A program made the translations under genes and the position numbers. The notes under the pieces were generated by a model. The model saw only the letters and a list, made by a program, of their open reading frames with translations, was not told the DNA's origin and did no database searches. From a virus (Duplodnaviria; Caudoviricetes): a stretch of 39,819 nt of DNA. The first letter of the stretch is position 1; the number at the start of each line of letters is the position of its first letter. Positions 1-10,049 of the stretch are shown piece after piece. The DNA lies in IMG/VR virus record IMGVR_UViG_3300020045_022011, positions 1 through 39,819 of that record. One strand, written 5' to 3'.

Positions 1-2
1 CT

Positions 3-257
3 ATACAACATGAATACCCAGAACTTGTTGTTGTTGTACGTCATGTAAATGCTGTAAGTGCAAGAGCGCGTTGTGAGAGTATTAAACATCTATTAGCTGA
101 AGTCAAAAATACGTATTTAGGGGGGACTTTCTACTTAACAATTAATCCAATGTCCGCACCATTTACTATGCAAACAGATGAAATTAAATCTTATTTAGTT
201 GCATGTCGGTTTCAAGTAGTAAAAGTTATTTCTGATTCTGTAGTCTCTACTTTCTAA
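3..257 (+). CDS. 5'-truncated tail terminator / tail-completion ('minor capsid') protein
   Basis: Open frame from the window edge (IQHEYPELVVVVRH...TFYLTINPMSAPFTMQTDE...FQVVKVISDSVVSTF*) ends at TAA 255-257. It lies just upstream of the tail tube gene, and the pattern resembles tail-terminator proteins. Confidence 0.6.
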   Translation: MQHEYPELVVVVRHVNAVSARARCESIKHLLAEVKNTYLGGTFYLTINPMSAPFTMQTDEIKSYLVACRFQVVKVISDSVVSTF

Positions 258-293
258 TTACACTGCATACTTTACACCTAAAAGGAAAAATAT

Positions 294-638
294 ATGGCAA
301 GGCAAACATTATCTCTTCAGACTTTTAATGCCGTTTATAGTTTAACTGGAAAAGATTTAACACTTACCGCTGCTGATGCAACAAATAAAGAAGAAGCTGT
401 TATTAGTGATCGTATTTTTCTTGTTGCATTCAATTCTGGAGTATCCTCACGCACAGTTACTGTAAATTCTGTGGCAATCAATAACAGAACTGGGGACGTT
501 ACAGCACATTCTATTGCTGCAGGAGGTATAACCTTACTAGGCCCATTCCCTACAACTGGATACGCCCAAACAGGTGGTAAATTATATTTTGAAGCGTCTC
601 ATGCAGATATTAAATGGGCAGTTGTTAAACTTCCTTAA
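294..638 (+). CDS. small virion structural protein (hypothetical)
   Basis: 114 aa, AAGGA RBS, beta-rich composition, located inside the head-tail cluster. Confidence 0.55.
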   Translation: MARQTLSLQTFNAVYSLTGKDLTLTAADATNKEEAVISDRIFLVAFNSGVSSRTVTVNSVAINNRTGDVTAHSIAAGGITLLGPFPTTGYAQTGGKLYFEASHADIKWAVVKLP

Positions 639-688
639 TACATAAATAACATATCATTACTAATTTTTTTATAACAAAGGAATAAAAA

Positions 689-1129
689 ATGCCATTATCT
701 AATGCAACTTTTGGGTATGGAACTAAGTTTAAGGTAGGAGATGGCGGGTCACCTACCGAAATTTTCACAACTATAGCAGAATTGCAAAGTATTACAACGG
801 CTTTTTCGGCAGATGATGTTGATATTACAAATCATGATGGAGATGACAGATGGCGTGAATACCTACAAGGTTTAAAAGGTGTTGAGTTGTCCATTGAAGG
901 TAACTACTTACCTAATAACTCTACTCATAATGGAAGCGCACCACTTGGTATGCTCCACTTATTTGACATTGGAACTCGTAACAATTATCAAATTGTATTT
1001 CCAACAAACCCGACATTAACATGGAGCTTCCCTGCAATTATTACAAACGTAACCCATAGTGCTCCACATGACGCCCAGTTAAGTTTTACTGGAACAATGC
1101 TTATTACTGGAGAACCTACTTTAATTTAA
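689..1129 (+). CDS. major tail tube protein
   Basis: Motifs GTKFKVGDG..E.FTTIAE, DDVDITNHD..WREYLQGLK and TWSFPAIIT...LSFTGTMLITGEP are typical of siphovirus tail tube proteins. It precedes the chaperones and tape measure. Confidence 0.9.
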   Translation: MPLSNATFGYGTKFKVGDGGSPTEIFTTIAELQSITTAFSADDVDITNHDGDDRWREYLQGLKGVELSIEGNYLPNNSTHNGSAPLGMLHLFDIGTRNNYQIVFPTNPTLTWSFPAIITNVTHSAPHDAQLSFTGTMLITGEPTLI

Positions 1130-1157
1130 TTTTATAATTATACTGGAGAAAATAATT

Positions 1158-1562
1158 ATGGCAAAATATCAAAGAAAAAGTGCAATTCCTATTACTCCTT
1201 TAGAATTTGAAGGAGAGATTTACAATCTAAAATACAATTATCGTGCTTATGAAGCTGCTGAAATGGCTCTTACAAAAGCCTGGGGTAAACGTACAACTAT
1301 TCCAGGTTTACTTGGTGACATTTTTGACCAAAGTGGTTCTGTAAGCATGTTAAGTAACAAATTAAGTGTTATGGAAATGTGTATTTTATTTTGGGCTGGG
1401 CAATTACACGAACATCCTGATTTAACACTGAATGAAGTTTCTGACTTTTTAGAATTTGCCGATTTAATTACCATTATGCCAACCATTATTGAAGCTATAG
1501 GTAAAACACTTGTAAAATCTGAAAATACAAACGTAAAAAACGATCAAACCCCACAAGAATAA
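1158..1562 (+). CDS. tail assembly chaperone (gpG-like)
   Basis: Lies between the tail tube and tape measure genes, has a GGAG RBS, and has a slippery heptamer near its 3' end. Confidence 0.85.
   Translation: MAKYQRKSAIPITPLEFEGEIYNLKYNYRAYEAAEMALTKAWGKRTTIPGLLGDIFDQSGSVSMLSNKLSVMEMCILFWAGQLHEHPDLTLNEVSDFLEFADLITIMPTIIEAIGKTLVKSENTNVKNDQTPQE
1535..1541 (+). promoter_or_regulatory. programmed -1 ribosomal frameshift site A AAA AAC
   Basis: X XXY YYZ heptamer in the correct phase (GTA AAA AAC). The -1 frame is open from 1541 (CGA TCA AAC...) through TTG 1598 to the stop at 1924. Confidence 0.88.
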
Positions 1563-1924
1563 CGAATGACGTTGAAAAAGGTGATCATTGGTTAGATTTG
1601 TGGGGTATAGCCCGTTTTGACTTAAATCTCAATGACGATGAATTTTGGGACTTATGCCCTATTGAATTTGATGCATTATGGAAACGATGGATTTTACAAC
1701 AAGAACGAGAAGACCGTAGAGTTGCATTAATTGCAGTAACGTTGGTGAATATAAACCGTAGTAAAAAATCTCAACCCGTAAAAATTGACGATTTTATGCT
1801 ACACAAATTTAAAAAAGAAGAAGATACCCAACAACCTTGGGAAAAACAACTTCAAACTGTACGCATGATTCAACATTTATTTGACAAAGAAAAAGAACGA
1901 AAACAAAGACAACAAAGTAAATAA
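1541..1924 (+). CDS. tail assembly chaperone T segment (C-terminal part of the gpGT frameshift fusion)
   Basis: LWGIARFDLNLNDDEFWDLCPIEFDALW is a typical T-type motif (EFW.LT..E). The TTG start has no convincing RBS, and the frame is reachable by a -1 shift. Confidence 0.82.
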   Translation, partial: RSNPTRITNDVEKGDHWLDLWGIARFDLNLNDDEFWDLCPIEFDALWKRWILQQEREDRRVALIAVTLVNINRSKKSQPVKIDDFMLHKFKKEEDTQQPWEKQLQTVRMIQHLFDKEKERKQRQQSK

Positions 1925-1945
1925 TCTTAAACTTGGTATGCATAC

Positions 1946-4900
1946 ATGGCAATTATCGACACAGTTGAAGTAGTATTTTCAGTTGTACATGGCCAGTTTG
2001 TTTCTGCCATGAATAGCATGAACACTGCCATAAATGCGCAAATACCAAGCTATCGTGCCTTAACACAAACTATTGAACAAACTGAAACGTCTATTGCAAA
2101 AATAGGTATTGCAGCAGCTGCATTTGGTGCAGGTGTAAAAGCTGCAATTTATCAACCTCTTGAAGCTGCAATGGAATTTGAACAAGGTTTTTCAAGACTC
2201 AAAAGGTTAATAGATGATACGTCTGAAATTTCTAATTTTAAAAACTCAATTCAAGGTATAATTTCAACTGTACCTGTGGCATCAAAAGAACTGTTTAAGT
2301 TTGGTGAAGAAGCATTAAAAGCTGGTGCCAATAGTGTTGAAGCATTTGAAGACCTAACAAAATTAGGAGCACAACTTGAAGCAAATGTGGGAGGACCAGT
2401 TGGTAACCTCCTAACACAGATTATACGTTTTACAAAAGGTTTTGGTGAAGGTTTAGGGCAAGTTCGAGATACTGCAAATGAAGTATCAAGACTTGCCAAT
2501 GCTTTTTCTACTGCTGAACCTGAAATTCTTAAAGTTGCAACACGTATAGCTCCTATGGGAAAAAGTTTAGGACTTACAAAAAATGAAGTGTTAGCACTTG
2601 CAAACGCTATGCGTGAAGTAAATGTTACAAGTGAAGCTGGTGGAACGGTTATCAATCAGTTCATTGGAAAAATACAAGAAGGTATTGCTGGTAATCATGA
2701 AATTTTGTCTGGAATTGGCAAAATCATGGGTAAAACAATGCAAGAAGTTGCCAATGCTTTTCGTAGTGATCCATCAAAAGCAATTGGGGATTTTCTTAAA
2801 GGGTTAGAAAATGCAGAACAGCAAGGTAAGCCACTTGTTACACTTTTAAAAAGTATAGGTTTAGAGAATGCACGGCAATTGCTTGTGTTTGGACAGTTAC
2901 GAGAAGCTATTAATGTGTACAATGACTCATTAGCAAAATCACGAGAAGTACTTAAAGAAACTCAAACTACACAAGGCCAAGCAAATCAAATTTGGGATAC
3001 CACAGCAAATGAACTTAAAAGATTAAAAAATAATATTGATTTGTTGCAAACAGCAATAGGAAAAGGTCTCAATAGAGAAGTACGTGTTTTAAGTGAAGTC
3101 GTTACTGCTGTAACAAAAGCACTTGAAAAAAGCCCACTTGTACAGTCTACATTTGCACAAGCACTCATAACGTTTGCCTTAAATACTGTAGGTATTGCTT
3201 CTGCATTAACTGGCGTAACAATTGCACTTGGCGTATTAGGTACGTCATGGACCGCCATGGGAGCATTACTCGTTTCATTTGCACCATGGGCAGCAATAGC
3301 TGCTGGTGCAGTTTTAATAGTTACTCATTTTAAGGAAATTAAAGAATGGATAGTTGCTTTTAGCAAATATTTTGGCGCAGATTTTACAGAATTACAAACA
3401 CTACTTTCTACAATTGGTAGAGGTTTACAATCTATAGCTGAAATACTAAAATTTGAACTTGTACAAGCTTGGAGGGATTTAGGAAGTATTGCAAGTCAAG
3501 TTTTAACATTTTTAGAAGACAAAATAGAAAATGTTAATAGATTTTTACAAAAATTTACAATGCCACCTTTGTTTGACCAATTGAGGGAATTTTTTCTTGT
3601 ACTAACAAATTTCAAAATGCCTCTTGATTTAATAAAGTTTTTTAACTTTTTTGGAAAAAGTAAAGAACAAGTTACCCTAGAAGCCCAAATTAAATTTGGA
3701 AAACAAGGTGGATTTACTGCTGACAAAATTAAAGAACTTCAAGAAGAATTAGAAGTAAAATATGGAGAAGGTCATCCTATTGAACTACCAGTTATGGAAT
3801 TTGAAATTGTTAAAGCTGGTAGTGGAAAAGACCCGTTTGCTAAACTTGGACCCGATGAAAAACTTTCAGAAATTTTAGAAGAATACGAAAGTAAACTTGA
3901 AGCCATTGGTATTAAGTACAAAATGCTTGGAGATAAGTCAGATGGTTTCAAAGAAAAATCGCAACGACTTCGTGAAGAATTATCAGCAGCAGAATCAGCA
4001 TTTAATAAACTTGTAGATATTAAACCGCGTTCCCCTGAAGTTGTTGAAGCGTTAGAACTTATTGCAAAAGAAATTCACAACTATAAAGAGCAAATTGCAG
4101 CACTCAAAGAAGAAATTAAATTTGATAAGGCTGATGATGCTTTAAGTCGTAAACTTAAAGAAATTCAAATTATTGCTCAAATTTCAGGTGATGAAATTAG
4201 TGGATTACGCCAGCAAATTGAATTACTCAAAAGTGTTGCAAATAAAAGCATTTCTCTTGAGATTGAAAAAACAGAAAAATTACCAAATTATCAACCAGAT
4301 TTTTCACTTGCTAAATCCCTCTATGCAAGCACAGCCCCTCTAGAAGCCCGTATTGAAGAATTACAAATTCTTGAAAAAATTAAAGACACTACAAAAGCAT
4401 ACCTTGCAACATTAGATGATTTAGCGATAAAACAAGAACTTGCTATTATTACCCCATTGCAAAAAGAAAAAGCAGCAAGAGAAGCTGCAATGTCAGCACT
4501 ACTGTCCTACACAAAATTACAAGCAGGTTCAACTGCAGAGGCGCAAAAAGCACTCGTTAATGCACAACAAGCCACTTTAGCAATTACCGAACTCACTATT
4601 GCAAGTGATAATGAAGTTGAGTTACAAAAAGCAAAAAATGAAGTATACCGTGAAGCAATGGGAGTTTTGGAAGGAATACGCGGTTCAACGTGGAAGTACC
4701 AAAACCAAGTAGAAAGTTTAGGGTACCTGTTACGTAACAGTCATATAAATATGGGAGAGTATAAAAAAGCGTATAGTGAGTTAACCCTAAAATATATACA
4801 GTCTCAACCTGTGTACAAAGAGCTAGAACAAGTTTTTAATGCATTTTCCAGTGCCGCAGTGTCAGCATTTGAAGACATTTTAGAAAATGGAAAATTAACA

Positions 4901-6724
4901 TCTGAAGGGTTAAAAGGAATTGCTAAATCTATACTTTCTACACTTGGGAAAATTATTGCACAAGTAATTGCAACAAAAATCATTATGTCTATCTTAGGTG
5001 GTAGTGCTCCACTTGGAAGCACTGGGGTAAAAAATTCATCTGGAATATACAACTACCCCTCTTCAACAGGACTGTCAAATTTTGCTGGCGGAGGAGTAGT
5101 TACCCAAACTGGAATGGCAATGTTACATGCTCCAGAAGCCGTAGTACCAATTCAAGGTGGATCAATTCCCGTCCACCTCAAAATGCCAGCGCAAAAGCCA
5201 TTGCAAAAACCTGACATGTTTAATTTTCCAAAAGAAATAAAACTAAAAAATTCAATGGCTTCTAGCAGCGAAACTGGAAAATATCAAAGTGATACTTTAT
5301 TCAAAACAGATCAATTTTTAAAATTACTTGATGCAATGTATTACAAGTATGACGATAAAAATACGAACATGCCACAAGTAAATATTTCATCTGAAGAAAG
5401 TAAAACATCACAAGCTATACCGCCAACATATGATACTACGCAAAATAGAATACCTTTAGCAATTAGACTTATTTTACTAGAAATTGCAAAAATACCTAAT
5501 AAATTACAAAATAAAGATGTACCAAATATGGTACAAAATTCACAATTAAGCAACACTTACCAATCTCCACAACGTATACAAATTCAAAAAATCGAAACGG
5601 AAAAAACACCACTTGTTTCTCCTGTACAATTTGTTCAAAGATTTGCAGAAAATAACCAGTTATCATTTAATAATGAAAAATCTAACACCTTAAAAACTAC
5701 AAGTGATAACTTGTCTTCTGTTTTTGAAAGAATTAAGGAATCAGCTCAAACAACCTCACAAAATACTACACTAAAAAGTACACAAGATAAAACAACGTTA
5801 TATTCAACAGACGCATTTACTAAAATTTTTAATAACAGAGACTCTGAAAAATACACAAGTGCAAACTCTTCAGAAAAACAAACATTTCAAAACTATAAAG
5901 AACAATTACATTCGTTATTTTCAGAAGCAATACGTACTCAAGTTAAAACATCTCATACTAATTACATTGCAACGTCTTTACGTACAGAAACGACACAAAG
6001 CACACAAGAAAATGAAAAATTTAAAACACTAGAAAAATTAGTTAATTCCATACATACAACGAATAGCCTGTATGAAAAATACACCTACAATAAGGATAAA
6101 GTTACAGATAAAAATTCTCGGTATGAAAGTGTGCTATCTACCGCAGTGGATAATTCTAAGTACAAAATACCTTCTGTTTTTGAAGCAATTGAGCACTATC
6201 AAAAAAGTACACCGTTAAAAGCAACAACCTACGCAAATGCTTCAACAACACAATTTAACAACATGCAACCTTACTCCTATAGTAATACTATATCAAATCA
6301 AACGTTATCTAGTAACAGAGCAACACAAACATTATTAGGAGCAGAATCTCAAAATATTACAAATGGCATAAGTAACATTGCAAGTAACTTTAGTAATACC
6401 GCAACTACATTCTCACATAAGTTAGAAAGTAGTTTTGACAAACATCTCCAGTCAACAAATTATTCAAAAAATTTCATTTCTCCAATGGCATATGGTACAC
6501 AAAATACAAGGTTAAACGAAGACACTCTTTACAACACATCCTATGCAAATAAAGAAGATGTTAATGTAGATGCTACAAATGAAATAACGATCATAAATGT
6601 TATAGATCGTAACGAAGCAAATGCAATTGCAGCAAACAAAAATGCCATTATTAACATTATCTCTAGTGATTATGAAAATCGTGGAACCACGTATCGGTCA
6701 ATTGAAAAACGTAGAAAACGTTAA
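1946..6724 (+). CDS. tape measure protein (TP901-type core) with a long low-complexity C-terminal insertion
   Basis: 1592 aa. It has AMEFEQGFSRLKRL and EAGGTVINQ core motifs, a hydrophobic mid-region, coiled coils and the FAGGGVV...MLHAPEAVVP C-terminal motif, and it follows G/T. Confidence 0.93.
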   Translation: MAIIDTVEVVFSVVHGQFVSAMNSMNTAINAQIPSYRALTQTIEQTETSIAKIGIAAAAFGAGVKAAIYQPLEAAMEFEQGFSRLKRLIDDTSEISNFKNSIQGIISTVPVASKELFKFGEEALKAGANSVEAFEDLTKLGAQLEANVGGPVGNLLTQIIRFTKGFGEGLGQVRDTANEVSRLANAFSTAEPEILKVATRIAPMGKSLGLTKNEVLALANAMREVNVTSEAGGTVINQFIGKIQEGIAGNHEILSGIGKIMGKTMQEVANAFRSDPSKAIGDFLKGLENAEQQGKPLVTLLKSIGLENARQLLVFGQLREAINVYNDSLAKSREVLKETQTTQGQANQIWDTTANELKRLKNNIDLLQTAIGKGLNREVRVLSEVVTAVTKALEKSPLVQSTFAQALITFALNTVGIASALTGVTIALGVLGTSWTAMGALLVSFAPWAAIAAGAVLIVTHFKEIKEWIVAFSKYFGADFTELQTLLSTIGRGLQSIAEILKFELVQAWRDLGSIASQVLTFLEDKIENVNRFLQKFTMPPLFDQLREFFLVLTNFKMPLDLIKFFNFFGKSKEQVTLEAQIKFGKQGGFTADKIKELQEELEVKYGEGHPIELPVMEFEIVKAGSGKDPFAKLGPDEKLSEILEEYESKLEAIGIKYKMLGDKSDGFKEKSQRLREELSAAESAFNKLVDIKPRSPEVVEALELIAKEIHNYKEQIAALKEEIKFDKADDALSRKLKEIQIIAQISGDEISGLRQQIELLKSVANKSISLEIEKTEKLPNYQPDFSLAKSLYASTAPLEARIEELQILEKIKDTTKAYLATLDDLAIKQELAIITPLQKEKAAREAAMSALLSYTKLQAGSTAEAQKALVNAQQATLAITELTIASDNEVELQKAKNEVYREAMGVLEGIRGSTWKYQNQVESLGYLLRNSHINMGEYKKAYSELTLKYIQSQPVYKELEQVFNAFSSAAVSAFEDILENGKLTSEGLKGIAKSILSTLGKIIAQVIATKIIMSILGGSAPLGSTGVKNSSGIYNYPSSTGLSNFAGGGVVTQTGMAMLHAPEAVVPIQGGSIPVHLKMPAQKPLQKPDMFNFPKEIKLKNSMASSSETGKYQSDTLFKTDQFLKLLDAMYYKYDDKNTNMPQVNISSEESKTSQAIPPTYDTTQNRIPLAIRLILLEIAKIPNKLQNKDVPNMVQNSQLSNTYQSPQRIQIQKIETEKTPLVSPVQFVQRFAENNQLSFNNEKSNTLKTTSDNLSSVFERIKESAQTTSQNTTLKSTQDKTTLYSTDAFTKIFNNRDSEKYTSANSSEKQTFQNYKEQLHSLFSEAIRTQVKTSHTNYIATSLRTETTQSTQENEKFKTLEKLVNSIHTTNSLYEKYTYNKDKVTDKNSRYESVLSTAVDNSKYKIPSVFEAIEHYQKSTPLKATTYANASTTQFNNMQPYSYSNTISNQTLSSNRATQTLLGAESQNITNGISNIASNFSNTATTFSHKLESSFDKHLQSTNYSKNFISPMAYGTQNTRLNEDTLYNTSYANKEDVNVDATNEITIINVIDRNEANAIAANKNAIINIISSDYENRGTTYRSIEKRRKR

Positions 6725-6739
6725 TTGGAGAATGTTTAA

Positions 6740-9460
6740 ATGCCTACATGGCCTAGCAGCCCAGCAATACATGAAATAACTCCACTAAAGTATACAGAAA
6801 CTCGTGTTGAAAAAATGACCGATAAAGGGTACTGGTTTGCTCGTAATTATTACCATAAACCTTTACGCAAATTTACAATTACATATATTGCTCTAACTCC
6901 ATCTGAAAAAAATGTCATTGTAAATTTTATAAATAGTTTACGTGGTGAAGCAACAGATTTTCAAATTACTGTACCACATGGGCATACAATTACAAATGTC
7001 ACCAACACAACACCTATAGTTATTACAGTTCAAAACTATCACGAATTTATGAATGGAGACGCTGTAATAATTTCTGGTGTTGAAGGTAATACTGCTGCAA
7101 ATGGAGCATGGTACATTGCAAACGTTACAGCTACAACATTTGAACTTGTAACAAGCGTTGGAAATGGTACGTTTGCAGACGCGAATGGAGATGCAATTGT
7201 TAATCTCGTATTACCAAGTGCAAAAATTGTATACAATCAAGAAGAATTTGTTGGAACTGAAAAAATATTAGGTCCAGACGTTAATGCAAGTGGGTATTTC
7301 ACATTGACATGTGATATCGAAGAACTTTACCCACGTATACCCGTTGTTATTGATGAAGGTTCCAGCTCATTTCTTAATTGGTATCCAAGTTTTGAAGATG
7401 ACTTAGTGACAAATGCTATTGTATATTATTTTGTAGAGTATGAAGATGAATTGTATGCAACGTCACTAGATATTGACACGTTTAGAGGTGAACTATTACG
7501 TTTAGGTTCGTGGGATGTATTTAGAGATTTTGGTGTAAACGGGTTATGGATTGCAGCTCCTACTGTCTATGATGGAGAACTATATTTAGTAGAAACAACA
7601 AATGCAAGCCCAGATTCAATGAGAGTATGGTCGTACCATAACGGCACAGATACATGGACTACTCAACACGAATTTTCTGTAACAGACATGGTATCGTATG
7701 GAGGGAATATTGCTATACGCGGTATTGTATTCAATAATATGTACTATTTTGGGACTACCGCAACTACAGGAGGTGGAAAATTTTCAATTTTCCAATGGAA
7801 TGCTGCAACATCAACAATGACTGTCTCTCATACTTTTACTTCCCCACCTTTACTACAAGAGGCAGTTTTAAATTTTGCAGTATATAACAGTGAACTTTAC
7901 GCAGCAGTTTCAGGTTTAGGTAGTAATTACACAGGAAAAATTTATAAATTCAATGGCTCCACTTGGAGTTTACACCACACCTTTGCAACAAATACCCCAC
8001 TTACAAACATACACTCTTTTAACGGAAAACTTTATGCGATTGTTATTGGCGATGGTAATGATGAAATAGGAAGGTTATGGGAATATAATGGCTCAACATG
8101 GTCACTCTCTGTGCAGTTCCCATACCAAACAGAAATTACAAACTCAGCAATGACCATTTATGATAATAAACTGTGTATTTTATTAGAAAATTTTGATATG
8201 GGGGCAGTTGTTTGGTTTTTTGACGGTACAACATTTACAATGAGTAAAGAATTTGGTTTAGACCCGGAATACTCTTACGCATTTGCAAGAGATATTTCTC
8301 CATTTTCTGTAACAAATAGACTGTATGCTTCAATTGGAGATTACTTTGATGAGTACTCAACATTTCGTCCAATTTGGTGTTACCCAACACCAGATGATAA
8401 TACCATACCAGAAACAGTATACCCAGCAGAAGTTGTACCAGCAAGCGGATACTGGCAAGAGTCATTTAAATTTGGAGAATCAAAACAATTTTTTCCATTT
8501 AATGGCGGAAATGGTGCCTTGTATGCAGTTTCAAGTAACAGCGATAGTGACGCAACAATTTGGAAATTTAATGATGTTACTGGATGGTTTTTGCTACATA
8601 CTTTTGATTCAACAACATTTCAAGCAAGATTTGCAATAGATTTCAATGGTCTCTTATACGTAGGAGTGCATAGAAATACCGTAGTTGATAAAGTGTACAC
8701 TTATGATGGAGTATCCTGGGTAGATGTTTTTTCATTCCCCTCTACAAATCTGGACTGTATTTACTCTGCAAAAGTATACAATAATAAGTTGTACATTGGT
8801 AGTGTTACCTCATCCGCATCACAACCTTTACGTGTATACGTTGAAAACGGTGGAACTTTTGTATCGTCTACAACATTTGATTACAAAAACAGAGTAGTTT
8901 TAAACTTAGTAACTTATAATTCTAAACTTTATGCGAATATAGGTAGAAGGATATACGAGTTTAATGACACCACATGGTCTTTAAATTTTGATCCAAATGA
9001 TCCATTAATTGATCCTCCAGAAGATGTATCAGAAGTAAACATCCATCTTATACATGCATTAAGTGATGAGTTTAATGGGAAATTATACGCATTTTTATGG
9101 ATGTCTTATAATTCTATCCAATCAAATGGGTATTTACAATTTTGGGAGCATAATGGGACAACCTGGGTATATAACAGTAGCATTGTTTTACCTATCACAC
9201 GTTTAATGGATGACCGATTTAGACTTACTGCAACGGCACATTTTGTTGAACACAATTCTACGTTATTTTTTGTATTAAATTGTGATGCTCCAGATAGTTC
9301 CCAAGTATGGAAGTTTGATGGAACTGATACTTGGACACTTGAACAATACCTCCATTTCACATACTGCCATAATCCTACGTACTATGAAGGTAATGACCAC
9401 GTTTATATTGGGACTACAGCAGGTACAATGATGGTATACCCAGATTTGAACGAGTTTTAA
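6740..9460 (+). CDS. distal-tail/gpM-like N-terminal domain + FCCH-like beta insert + two beta-propeller regions (putative receptor-binding tail protein)
   Basis: N-terminus MPTWP...RKFTITY..LT..E...I.NF.....G....F is lambda gpM/DUF2460-like. The C-terminal ~700 aa contain repeated (F/Y)NGKLY...IYKFNGSTWS blades. Confidence 0.7.
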   Translation: MPTWPSSPAIHEITPLKYTETRVEKMTDKGYWFARNYYHKPLRKFTITYIALTPSEKNVIVNFINSLRGEATDFQITVPHGHTITNVTNTTPIVITVQNYHEFMNGDAVIISGVEGNTAANGAWYIANVTATTFELVTSVGNGTFADANGDAIVNLVLPSAKIVYNQEEFVGTEKILGPDVNASGYFTLTCDIEELYPRIPVVIDEGSSSFLNWYPSFEDDLVTNAIVYYFVEYEDELYATSLDIDTFRGELLRLGSWDVFRDFGVNGLWIAAPTVYDGELYLVETTNASPDSMRVWSYHNGTDTWTTQHEFSVTDMVSYGGNIAIRGIVFNNMYYFGTTATTGGGKFSIFQWNAATSTMTVSHTFTSPPLLQEAVLNFAVYNSELYAAVSGLGSNYTGKIYKFNGSTWSLHHTFATNTPLTNIHSFNGKLYAIVIGDGNDEIGRLWEYNGSTWSLSVQFPYQTEITNSAMTIYDNKLCILLENFDMGAVVWFFDGTTFTMSKEFGLDPEYSYAFARDISPFSVTNRLYASIGDYFDEYSTFRPIWCYPTPDDNTIPETVYPAEVVPASGYWQESFKFGESKQFFPFNGGNGALYAVSSNSDSDATIWKFNDVTGWFLLHTFDSTTFQARFAIDFNGLLYVGVHRNTVVDKVYTYDGVSWVDVFSFPSTNLDCIYSAKVYNNKLYIGSVTSSASQPLRVYVENGGTFVSSTTFDYKNRVVLNLVTYNSKLYANIGRRIYEFNDTTWSLNFDPNDPLIDPPEDVSEVNIHLIHALSDEFNGKLYAFLWMSYNSIQSNGYLQFWEHNGTTWVYNSSIVLPITRLMDDRFRLTATAHFVEHNSTLFFVLNCDAPDSSQVWKFDGTDTWTLEQYLHFTYCHNPTYYEGNDHVYIGTTAGTMMVYPDLNEF

Positions 9461-9461
9461 T

Positions 9462-10049
9462 ATGGCATTTTTACCAGTAACACAACTTGAACTTTCTGCC
9501 ATTATCCCAATAGATCCTGTTTTAGAATACAGGTTTCAAAATGGTCCACGTACATCACGTGCACGATATGTTAAAACATTACGTAAATATTCTTTAGTGT
9601 ATAAAGGGTTAAACACTGCAAATAAAATTCTCATTGAACGTTTTATAACCCAACAGTTACGTTCTATAACATCCTTTGAATTTTTACATCCTTACGGCTA
9701 CACGATTAGTAACGCAACTAATGCAACACCAATTTTAATTACAACAACATACAATCACGATTACTTGCAAAATGACCAAGTACTTATTAGTGGAGTTGAA
9801 GGAAATACAAATGCAAACGGATACCATATGATAAATGTGTTATCAAATACAACATTTGAATTACGAGATAGTGTCGGTAATGGTGCATTTTCAGATACGC
9901 AAGGTGATGCAAAAGCTCAAGTGTATTTTCCAAGAGTAAAAGTGGTATTAACAAATGGGGAGTACGACACTACAGAAAAAATACTTGGACCGAATAAAAA
10001 TGCACAAGGTATATTTTTTATAAATTTTCAAATTGAAGAATTAGTATAA
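9462..10049 (+). CDS. second distal-tail/gpM-like protein, paralogous to the N-terminus of the preceding gene
   Basis: Shares TI(T/S)N(V/A)TN(T/A)TPI.IT...H....D.V.ISGVEGNT.ANG...TTFEL..SVGNG.F and TEKILGP..NA.G.F......IEEL with 6740..9460. Confidence 0.75.
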   Translation: MAFLPVTQLELSAIIPIDPVLEYRFQNGPRTSRARYVKTLRKYSLVYKGLNTANKILIERFITQQLRSITSFEFLHPYGYTISNATNATPILITTTYNHDYLQNDQVLISGVEGNTNANGYHMINVLSNTTFELRDSVGNGAFSDTQGDAKAQVYFPRVKVVLTNGEYDTTEKILGPNKNAQGIFFINFQIEELV

